IMG/VR virus record: IMGVR_UViG_3300009370_000007
Location: 43,023 to 107,022 of that record
Reading direction: 5' to 3' (one strand)
Length of the DNA stretch: 64,000 nucleotides
Source: a virus
The notes under the pieces are model-generated. The model worked only from the letters and a program-made list of their open reading frames with translations. It ran no database searches and had not been told where the DNA came from. How positions within the stretch are numbered: the stretch's first letter is position 1; every line of letters begins with the position of its first letter. A program made the translations under genes and the position numbers. Positions 1-9,200 of the stretch are shown here, piece after piece.

Positions 1-728
1 GCAGTTTCTTTGAGTCGTTCTATTTCTGCTCTTGCATCTTCTAATACTGCCCTTCCGTTTAATGTTACTCCACCAGGAAGTTGAACTCCTTCAAACTTTG
101 AAAGATTCATTCCCCATTGTTCTTTAAACAATGCAGTACAATAATCTCGTAGAAGTCGGTCCTGCCAAACTTCCGCATAAGCGCCTGGATCTACAGCGCG
201 ATAGGCATCTAATACGACGTATTGATCTTTATTAATATCCTTGCTCCAATTCCAATCAATAAACAATTTATCTGTTCTTCGATTAAATCGAATGGTAGGC
301 TCTCGATCAATCATATCTTGAATCATTTCAAGATTGCTCATTCTCATCCAATAATATTGCATTTCTGCTGTGGCCATCGAACCAAAAGTTCCAGTAACAT
401 CATTAAGTCTCATTTGATATTGAACATCAAAAATACTTGAATCGCTTTCAGCTCTGGCAATTTTAGTTATTCCTAAAATTGTATCTGTAGTTCCTGCGAG
501 CGACCCTTCTGTAACAGTAAGAAACTTATTGTCTAAATCTGTTTGAGTAATTTGATGAGAATAAAATACCCGTTCAACGCCATCAAAATTAAACTCCTGA
601 AAAAACTCAACGGCATCATCAATGCGATCTTCTAATTGATCGTCATCAACATTAATATCAACAACTGGCTTCCCGAGGCGTCGTAGACAATATTCTTTAA
701 ATTCTGCTCTTGTTGAAGGTTGTGCCAT
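1..728 (-). CDS. gp13: Neck protein gp13 (3' end truncated by window edge)
   Basis: Not in the ORF track. Manual translation from ATG 728 gives MAQPSTRAEFKEYCLRRLGKPVVDINVDDDQLEDRIDDAVEFFQEFNFDG...KEQWGMNLSKFEGVQLPGGVTLNG, the T4-like gp13 signature. Confidence 0.92.
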   Translation of the reverse strand, partial: MAQPSTRAEFKEYCLRRLGKPVVDINVDDDQLEDRIDDAVEFFQEFNFDGVERVFYSHQITQTDLDNKFLTVTEGSLAGTTDTILGITKIARAESDSSIFDVQYQMRLNDVTGTFGSMATAEMQYYWMRMSNLEMIQDMIDREPTIRFNRRTDKLFIDWNWSKDINKDQYVVLDAYRAVDPGAYAEVWQDRLLRDYCTALFKEQWGMNLSKFEGVQLPGGVTLNGRAVLEDARAEIERLKET

Positions 729-732
729 AGTC

Positions 733-1089
733 TTATACCTTTGTTACTTCTGGAGAAACGGTTAAAATTCCTTCTCGAATCCTTGTAATTTTAGGAGGAG
801 TGTCATTAGACACAATTTCAACATCATATACATATCTACCTTCGGTTATTGCTGAAGTGACTACATTATTCATTGAAAGTCCAACAATTCCACTCGTATT
901 AGAAACCCAAACATTAACAGATAAATTTGCAGTATGAGTAGTAGAAGAATATGATTTTCTTATTTGACCATATCCTGCTGTATAACCAGACATATTCAAT
1001 ACTGTTGTTGTTGAAGCATTTGCATAGGCAACCACGTTCGCACTAAAATCTGTCCCCTGATCTATTAATAAATTGAGTTGTTTTGCCAT
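733..1089 (-). CDS. Small virion structural protein (BppU-N/Ig-like), typical upstream of gp13 in marine T4-like phages
   Basis: NLLIDQGTDFS...GRYVYDVEI...RIREGILTVSPEVT motif; late promoter upstream. Confidence 0.7.
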   Translation of the reverse strand: MAKQLNLLIDQGTDFSANVVAYANASTTTVLNMSGYTAGYGQIRKSYSSTTHTANLSVNVWVSNTSGIVGLSMNNVVTSAITEGRYVYDVEIVSNDTPPKITRIREGILTVSPEVTKV

Positions 1090-1120
1090 GAGTTTAGCTA
1101 TTCCCCGAAAGTAATGTCTA

Positions 1121-1131
1121 TACTATTTATA
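1121..1131 (-). promoter_or_regulatory. T4-type late promoter TATAAATA(GTA)
   Basis: Plus strand reads tactatttata, ~35 nt upstream of the ORF at 1089. Confidence 0.8.
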
Positions 1132-1153
1132 AGGGTACAGTATTGAGGGAGTA

Positions 1154-1483
1154 TTATGAATTTTCAGTTGGATTATGAGAAGAGGTAAAGGGACTGGTAT
1201 TCCCCCCCGGATGAAAGGTCGATAATGGAACTGCCTCCTTAACTTGTTTAACGTGCTGATACCATGTATTTGCAGTTTCAGTATCTGCCACAATTCTACC
1301 ATCATTAATATCGTGCCAAAGTTTATCAAGCTGAACTCCAATAGAACCGTATAATGCTACTCTACTATTAATTTCTTGCTGTTTTGACACCCTATTTAAT
1401 TGTTCGTCAGTAGTAGTAAATTTTCCAGGGATTCTTTTATGCGGAATAAGTGGATTTTTTATTTCTAATTTAAATTCTGCCAT
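1154..1483 (-). CDS. Small fibre-associated protein / possible tail fibre assembly protein
   Basis: R..LYGSIGVQLDKLWHDI...WYQHVKQVKEAVP resembles the common phage YPSIGDQLD.LWH motif found next to fibre genes. Confidence 0.55.
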   Translation of the reverse strand: MAEFKLEIKNPLIPHKRIPGKFTTTDEQLNRVSKQQEINSRVALYGSIGVQLDKLWHDINDGRIVADTETANTWYQHVKQVKEAVPLSTFHPGGNTSPFTSSHNPTENS

Positions 1484-1498
1484 GTCATATTTTCCTTA

Positions 1499-1966
1499 TT
1501 ATTGTGGATCGCTAATCATTTCGGTAACTAGCGGTGGAGGAGGCAATGTTGCAACTTGATATTGTGCCTTATGGTATCCATATTTTTGAAATCTAATTGT
1601 ATAATTAGTTGTAGAAAACCCATTTACTGAAAATGCAAATGAAGTGTCTGTTGAGTTTGCTGTCCAGACAAATTGCTTATCCACACTAACTGCTGTCCCA
1701 GGAGCAATTCCAGTAAATACTACTCTATCGTTTCCATCAGCAAATATTCCTTGCTTATCTTGAGCAATATCTTGATGTTGAATCTTATCAAATCCTATTG
1801 GTTGACCATTGGCTGTAACCACATATTGATTTAACAAAGCAGCCCTTCGGGCAACAATAAAAGCAATTCCCTTTTTTTGTAATTTTTCTATTTTTTCTGG
1901 AGTTGCATTATCAATTGAATATAAAATAAATCCAGTATTTCTATCATATACATAAATGTTGTCCAT
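1499..1966 (-). CDS. Hypothetical protein in the fibre cluster (likely start ATG 1966, MDNIYVYD)
   Basis: Track ORF 1499-2014; the downstream Met avoids overlap with the preceding gene. Confidence 0.55.
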   Translation of the reverse strand: MDNIYVYDRNTGFILYSIDNATPEKIEKLQKKGIAFIVARRAALLNQYVVTANGQPIGFDKIQHQDIAQDKQGIFADGNDRVVFTGIAPGTAVSVDKQFVWTANSTDTSFAFSVNGFSTTNYTIRFQKYGYHKAQYQVATLPPPPLVTEMISDPQ

Positions 1967-1986
1967 TGATACGTCTACCTTTTCTC

Positions 1987-4900
1987 TTAATCGTGTAGTG
2001 GTTGACCCGTCCAAGGATCAATCGGCCAGTTTGGTCTTGCTGTTGTAACTCCTGCCTCATCTGTTTCAAAAGCACCAAGGGTTCCAGTAGCAGTTTGTGG
2101 TGTCGCGGGATCGTGAACAATTCCGGTTCCTTGATTAAATACTATATAGCTCACAAAGAAATAATCCCATTCTAATGGGTCAGGATACGGAGCCCCTTCA
2201 CCGTCAACTTTGTCCATTGGATTAAAATGATTAGTTGAAATTGTGGTAACTTCAGTATTTGGAACAATTGCCTCCCTATATGAAAGATACCCAGTTCGCT
2301 TACTGTCAATTTCAATCCAAGGACGATACCTAAAGTCATGTGTATTATTTATTCGAGCACCAGGGCCAACTGGAGTATCAAATCCAGTAATTTTATTTGG
2401 ATAAGTTGGTTGAATTTGATTATCAAATGTCATTGCACCATAGGCACCTCCCGATACTGATGGAACATCTTCAAAGCGCGGACTCTCAGTTGAAGCAACA
2501 GAGGCAGAGTAAGATTGAAAGTTAAATGGCTGATTTCTTCCTTCAAGTTCTCCCTTAAGGAACCACCACATACTACCATATCCATGTCTGGTATCTTCTA
2601 GACTTGCTTTATACCATAATGGATACCCATTGGGCCATAATTCCATGTTTTGAAGACAATTTGAAAAAGTCATCCACGGGGAAATTTGAGAATAGTTTCC
2701 AGTATTCTGGGTGGTATAAGTATCACTATCCCACATCTGAGTAATGAAAAAATTCTTTAATGGAACATTATCCCATAGAAAATTATCCCAGCCACCCATA
2801 TAGGAACGTGGCATATGTTCCTGCTCTGCTGGATTAATTGATTGGTTCGGTCCTTCTTCGGTCCCGCCAGTTCTCCAACCTCCCGAGGAATCTCCGGCTG
2901 GAGCGTCGATGTTAACTCCCAGTTTCCATCCATCATTGTCTTCTGGATGCCCAAAATTACTTGAAAGATTTCCTCCTGGGGTCGCATTAAGAACTCCTGG
3001 GTGGTCCCCTTGACCGGATGCAGTTGAAGACCGATTATATTTCATTTCGGCACCACCATTACCATATTGACCAATCCATGTTGGATCATTATGAGGGTTG
3101 CCCGATCCGCTTATAAATGACAAAACTGTACCACCAGTACCCCCTCCACTTGGAGTGCCAATAGGAAAATCCCAAGATTCCGGCCCTGGTGGAAAGAAAT
3201 TATAAATGTCACTTACATTAACAGAAGGAATATCACTTCGCGGAGATGTTGACGGCCAACGGCTAGCTGTGCTCGTGGCATTGCGCGCAGAACCTCTCGC
3301 AAAACCAAACATAGAAGACATCGGCATTTTGATTGGAACTGTGCTAATGCCACGATAATTATAGCTTCCTGTTTTTAAATATTCTTCAAGCATGATCCTA
3401 TGTTCCGGCGGCCAATATCGGACATCAGAAGGAGCCTCATTATCGAGCTGCATACCGTTCCGAGCCCCCGCCCACCCAGACCGAGGAAGATAATACTTAT
3501 CGCGTCCATACAAAGTCCACATATAATTACCACCCTGATTATAAGAACCAACAAAATTGGGATCATGATAGTAATCAAAAATAGAACTTCCGGCTCCGGC
3601 TGGAAACTCTGACGAATTTTCTTGAAGAGCAAGATCATGATTAAATGCTCCATGACCAGTATGTTCTTTATAGTGTCTAGTAGGCCATTCCCCCGTAAAG
3701 GGGCCATCATCATGTGCCGTGCTTGCATCCATAATATTTAATCCATGATTTGGATACTCGCCCGAGCCTGCTGAACCGTCACCAGAATAATCAGATGCAA
3801 TAATTCTTCCTCTGTCCCCTTTGCCAGTATTCCATGCATTATAATGAGCATTTGCATTGTTTGTAGAAATCATTGCATTTGAAGTTGATTTGTCGTTCCA
3901 GGCCTGAATAATTAATTTATCATTATCAACATAATATATTAGCCCCCAAGTTTTTTGTTTCCAATAGCCCGTTCTACCGGGAGTCTTATATTGAGTTTTA
4001 TTAATAGATTTATCAATTCTACGATCAATGCTTCCAAAGGGAGCATCCATTTGGGCATAACTTTGGGGAGTAAATGCATTTAAATTTGAACGGTCGAGAT
4101 TCAAATTAACGTGCCAACCATCTGGACGAACCAAGGTTTCCCATTGAGTTCTTGGATAATTATTTGGTTTTGACCGTGAGTTTATTGCGGCCCAGGGATG
4201 TTTTCCATAATGATCTCCTAGTTGATGCGTCTCTGGAGCCCCAGTAAGGTCTTCACCGACAATTTCTCCTGTGCCTACTCCAAATGACATTCCATGAATT
4301 GTCCCATGTGGAAATTCGCTCCCTGGATAATCAGGACCAGAACTATCTTGGCCTTCATCTTCTCCTGAAATTGCAGCCATATTACCATATTTAAATACAT
4401 CTGTTATCGTTCCATCAGGATTTTTTTGCACCTTTCCTTGTTGAATATAATCATCTATAAATTTTAATGATTGATGTTCTGTGTTTATTGTTCCTCCAAT
4501 TACATTTAGTTGCTTTATCCAAACAGAATCCATATATTTCAATATCTGTGAATTTGCAGAGTCGGCATAATTTGGATGAAAATGGCCTGAACTATTACAT
4601 ACTGCAAATTGTAACATTACCATAGGAATTATATTTTCTGTACCCGGAGTTTTAGATGCACTAAAATCTATAGATACATTTGTACGATTTCCTGCATGAA
4701 AAACTGGATCTCTTCTATGCTTATATCCAGCCAAGATGGCGCTTCCTTGCTGAACAACAAACATAGAGCTTTCCACATAGGTTGAACTGTCAAATATTAA
4801 ATTTCCTGAATGTGCAATCTCATTATCAGTTACATCAATGCCCGGAGCAGAAACAAACAACCCCGCTGTTCCTTTTGAAGACAAAGAATTGTTTTCTACT

Positions 4901-5199
4901 ATAATAGGAAAAAAATTTGTATTAAGCGTGAGCTGCCCGGGGATGTTAGGGTATACATCTACCCAAGGACCCTTTATCTCATCAAAACCAGTTGCAAGGA
5001 CAATTCTTTCTTCAGGGTCGCCTGAACTAGATTGCCTAAAGTGAACTTCATGGCCTATTCTCCACCCGGCAGCCTGATCTTTACTTATTGTCAAATAATA
5101 TTTGATACGAGCCGGGGAGCCTACTGCATTATCATTAGATGCAATTGTTGATTCTGTAGGAAGGTCTTTATTTCCAAGTATTATTCTAGGGATTGCCAT
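1987..5199 (-). CDS. Putative virion accessory/receptor-binding protein, 1070 aa (paralogue 3 of RI.LG / G..S.PG family)
   Basis: Long G/P/W/N-rich ORF with PRIILGN and GLFVSAPGIDV...LIFDS motifs shared with its neighbours. Confidence 0.6.
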   Translation of the reverse strand: MAIPRIILGNKDLPTESTIASNDNAVGSPARIKYYLTISKDQAAGWRIGHEVHFRQSSSGDPEERIVLATGFDEIKGPWVDVYPNIPGQLTLNTNFFPIIVENNSLSSKGTAGLFVSAPGIDVTDNEIAHSGNLIFDSSTYVESSMFVVQQGSAILAGYKHRRDPVFHAGNRTNVSIDFSASKTPGTENIIPMVMLQFAVCNSSGHFHPNYADSANSQILKYMDSVWIKQLNVIGGTINTEHQSLKFIDDYIQQGKVQKNPDGTITDVFKYGNMAAISGEDEGQDSSGPDYPGSEFPHGTIHGMSFGVGTGEIVGEDLTGAPETHQLGDHYGKHPWAAINSRSKPNNYPRTQWETLVRPDGWHVNLNLDRSNLNAFTPQSYAQMDAPFGSIDRRIDKSINKTQYKTPGRTGYWKQKTWGLIYYVDNDKLIIQAWNDKSTSNAMISTNNANAHYNAWNTGKGDRGRIIASDYSGDGSAGSGEYPNHGLNIMDASTAHDDGPFTGEWPTRHYKEHTGHGAFNHDLALQENSSEFPAGAGSSIFDYYHDPNFVGSYNQGGNYMWTLYGRDKYYLPRSGWAGARNGMQLDNEAPSDVRYWPPEHRIMLEEYLKTGSYNYRGISTVPIKMPMSSMFGFARGSARNATSTASRWPSTSPRSDIPSVNVSDIYNFFPPGPESWDFPIGTPSGGGTGGTVLSFISGSGNPHNDPTWIGQYGNGGAEMKYNRSSTASGQGDHPGVLNATPGGNLSSNFGHPEDNDGWKLGVNIDAPAGDSSGGWRTGGTEEGPNQSINPAEQEHMPRSYMGGWDNFLWDNVPLKNFFITQMWDSDTYTTQNTGNYSQISPWMTFSNCLQNMELWPNGYPLWYKASLEDTRHGYGSMWWFLKGELEGRNQPFNFQSYSASVASTESPRFEDVPSVSGGAYGAMTFDNQIQPTYPNKITGFDTPVGPGARINNTHDFRYRPWIEIDSKRTGYLSYREAIVPNTEVTTISTNHFNPMDKVDGEGAPYPDPLEWDYFFVSYIVFNQGTGIVHDPATPQTATGTLGAFETDEAGVTTARPNWPIDPWTGQPLHD

Positions 5200-5200
5200 T

Positions 5201-6250
5201 TTATCCTGATGCTCCCGGTTCTCTATAAATTATATATCCAAGTTGAAATTTACATTCCGTACTTGCATTATAAAAATATAAATCAATTTGTGGTAGACTT
5301 CCATCTGTTGCAGTAGTATCAATTGAAGTTTGAGCCCAACAAAAATCACCGGGCATCTTCAATAAATGTGACGATCTTCTAAAAATGGGACTCGGCTGGC
5401 CGCCAACAGGAATAAAATCTCCGCCGCCTCCGGCCTCCCAGTTTTCCCAACCCGGAATTCTAATATGCGATACATCGGGGACGGTCGTGAAAACGGTAGA
5501 ATCTCCTATTGAAAACAGAGCTTCCATTACCCCCCCAACAAAAACATCGAAACCACCAATATCAATATTTTCTTGTATCATTCCAGGCCCGGCATCGGGG
5601 TCATATGGATCAAAGGTGTCGGTACTAAGTCCCCAATTTAATGCATCTTCTAAATTCTCCGGCGAAACCGGAGTTTGCCACCAAGCAAAATTAAATGCAG
5701 AAGGATCATTTGTGATACAAGTGTTACTTAAATGATATGGATGATCGTTTGGATATTGCCAAAATGCCTTTCGTCCTCCATGTTCCCATTCTCCAGTATG
5801 AAGTGGATTATATCCATTTGGAAGTCCATAACTATCTACACCATCTCCATCCCAAGAATCTGTTCCTTGTCCTCCCATTGCATCATATACGTTTGAACCA
5901 AAATCTTTTCCTAATCCAGCAGCAATAAACCATTGAACCATTACTGGAGAATCTCCTCCGGTTCCAGGGCCAGAATGGCGAGGGGCTTCAATGTCAAGTC
6001 CTTCTATTTTAAGCTCAAACGGCGTACCAAGTTCCGGCGACACGTCAAGAAGAGCACTACCCGACGCCAAAACTTGAAGAAAACCAGATTGTGTTCCATC
6101 AGTAGAAAATAACAAGTCCGTTGCATTACAAGTCAAGGCATCAAAACCAGGCCTTGAAATATAAACTCCGGTATTATCTTGACGATGATACTCTTCGGGA
6201 AAATCTCCAGTAGATGATCCAGTATTTCCAATTAAAATTCTATTGGGCAT
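5201..6250 (-). CDS. Putative virion accessory protein, 349 aa (paralogue 2)
   Basis: NRILIGN...GVYISRPGFDA...LLFST; tightly packed between its neighbours. Confidence 0.6.
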   Translation of the reverse strand: MPNRILIGNTGSSTGDFPEEYHRQDNTGVYISRPGFDALTCNATDLLFSTDGTQSGFLQVLASGSALLDVSPELGTPFELKIEGLDIEAPRHSGPGTGGDSPVMVQWFIAAGLGKDFGSNVYDAMGGQGTDSWDGDGVDSYGLPNGYNPLHTGEWEHGGRKAFWQYPNDHPYHLSNTCITNDPSAFNFAWWQTPVSPENLEDALNWGLSTDTFDPYDPDAGPGMIQENIDIGGFDVFVGGVMEALFSIGDSTVFTTVPDVSHIRIPGWENWEAGGGGDFIPVGGQPSPIFRRSSHLLKMPGDFCWAQTSIDTTATDGSLPQIDLYFYNASTECKFQLGYIIYREPGASG

Positions 6251-9200
6251 TATACATCAATTCCTCCCATAGCATCTAAATTCGCCGGAATTCTTAATAC
6301 ATAATATCTATATCTACATTTTCCTGTTGATTCATTATTGTTAACTAAATCATAACTTTGATTTTGCTTCCACACTTCAGTCCCATCTACATTATCATCA
6401 TCTCCAGAGAAATAATTTTCTTCATATTGACTGACTCCCCTTGGATGAAATATTCCCTCGGTTGCCCTACCAGGATATTCCTGTTCTTCATCATTTCCCT
6501 GTACCCATCGAACCATTGAAGAATATCCTCCGGCTGGAGATACCCCCTTAAGTGTTGGTTCATATGCCATATTTACCATTCCCCCAGGAGGCCAGAATTG
6601 AACATGACAACCATAACCAGTCCCAACTCCTAGTTCTGGCGTAGCAACTCGATATTCTGCTTCATTAAAAAAATAATAATTCTCTCCCCAGGGGTCGGAA
6701 ATGCCGTTAGGCATTAGTGGTTCATTACTACTATTGTCTTCAACTAGTATCTGCCGAGGATCTCCCCACCCCCAAAATTTTGCAGTATTACCCACAGTAT
6801 TATCTCCATCTCCTTCTGCATACCAGTTATTATTTTCATCATTATAACGGCCTCCACCTTTAGGACATATATCTGCATTATTTTGGTGCAATCTTGCATT
6901 GCGACCATATAGCATATCATCTCTACCCCATGATACTTTACCATATCGCGTCATTCGACTAGAATACGGTTTCCATCCAGATTTAAGTGCTCCAACAGCA
7001 GGAACATTAACATTTTGCATTGTTCCCATAGTACCGAATGCTTCTGCAATAGAACTATCTAATTGTGCTTGTGGAGATCCGTCGCCGGTCTCGGGGCCTC
7101 TCCAATCCGTAAATACCTCTGCTAGATATTGAGTATCTCTAGATGTGTAAACCGGCGTCTCAACTCCATCAATGAACTCTAAGCGGGTGATAATACTCTC
7201 ATTAGGATCGCGCTGACGAGCCACATGAATAGATTCGCTATTCATTGGCTCTACTGGCCAAGTTTGGGCTCCTCCCCAATCCCAAGGTGGTTTTGAATTT
7301 TGATAAAATCCAGCAGTTCCACCATAACTAAATCCGGGTAACATTTCATGACGCTGATCTCCTTCTGTTCTTCTGCCCGGAGCCACCACAGTTCCAGATA
7401 AATTTTTAAAGAAATTAGTTCCATACCAACCCCAATCACTAATATGTTCGGCAGTATAAATGCTAGGGGGCAATACTCCATTTGCAGTATGATCTTTTTG
7501 GTCCCACATTATTTCTAATGACGAGGGTTTCGGGGATTTCCCAGGAGCAGCATTTGGATCACCAGCAGCAAATTTTCTATATGTTGGTCGAGTCCAAGTG
7601 CCATGTGATTGTTCTTCGTATCCTTCTCGGCCCAAAGCCCCTCTTGCAGTAATTTCAAATTTATCGCTTCCGGCTCTAACATATGCAAATGTTCTCATTT
7701 TGAGTGTTTCTATAATCATCCATTTATAAACTGCTCCTGGGGAAACATTTATTTGAGCCAAATTTGGATACCCTTCTTGAGTTGTCTGATCGCCAACGCC
7801 GGAGTTGTCCTCTCCCATAGTGTCGGTTTTTGATACATAGTGTAAATCTCCCCAAAGACTAAAAAATCTTGGGCCCTCATTTGGTTTTTCACCAGCCACG
7901 AAACCCATTGGAGATACCATACGACCTCCCAAATAATTAGAATCTCCCCATTTTCCGTGGCCCATTGTAGGTCCGTATTCTATTCCAGTATAAAAATGAT
8001 TTTGGCGGCTGCTTACGGACTGAGGAGGATATATTGGCCTCCCGTTTTCATCTACAGATCCGTAGTCATATCCTAATGCTTCGAGTTCGGCTTGCAACGC
8101 CGCGAAGAAGACTCCGTTCGTCCCGTCAATAGGAAATCCCATTGGATGATTCACAGTAGCTCCTGTTGGGACTTGTGGCCAGCCATCCCTATAGATTCCA
8201 CGACTCCCTTCATCGCCCCAAATATTTTCAGAGGGATTCCGATTACCTCTATCGCCATTAATATTATCACCCCTAAGAAAAGGATTATCATAATCGGGTA
8301 ATGGTTCTCCTATTGGATTATTATATTGAGATTCACTTCCAGAATGCACAGATGAACCACCAATAGGATACCCAGGCCTCCATGATCTTTGTTGTCCCCA
8401 AAACATAGGAGACATAAAAGAAAAATTTTGAGTTAGAGCTTGATGGCCGGTTTCAGATAAGTCCGTTTCGCCCCAAGGAGACATGGGATGGGACTCATAT
8501 CTATGACCGTAGGCCGTGACGGACGAAGAGATATGCCTCCCCCCTTGAGGCATAAGACCAAACTGAGATGCTTGATTCAATCCCTCATGTACTGTTCCGG
8601 GTCGTGGATCAATTGGACTAAAGTGCGTGGAAGACGACCAAGGAGCGTCTGCAAGAACCTCATCGGGGTCTATCCCAGAATATCCATATGGTGGGGGCAT
8701 TCCAACTGCATTCGGACCGAACCAACGACTACGAAAAACATCTGCAAAATATTCCGCTGTCACCCCGCTTGTATCTGAAGGCATCGCGCCGGCCGAGAGG
8801 GCCCCCCATGCGCCTGCTCCATAGGTATATAATTTATTATAGGGCGTGGCGTGTGAGCCAGAAGGATAACGGCCATCATACTCAGTATCATAATCCCAAC
8901 ACGTTGGAGTTTCCAAGGCACCAGAAGGAAAAGAAACAGCACAAGGATGTTCATATATATCTTTAAAATTATTGCGACCGACTACCGGGCTATTTAATCT
9001 GGTCCAGATACCAGAAACTTTCGGTGGGCGACCAGTACCATCCCAATTAGATAATGCAAGATTTCGACCGGCAATGTCATTTTGATATTGCACATCACTC
9101 CACCAAGCATCATATCCGGGGTGCCAGGATTCCGATGGGGATGTCTCTCTTTGAGCTTTGTGATCGGGATAATCTGCTCCTTCCCCCCGATTCATAAAAT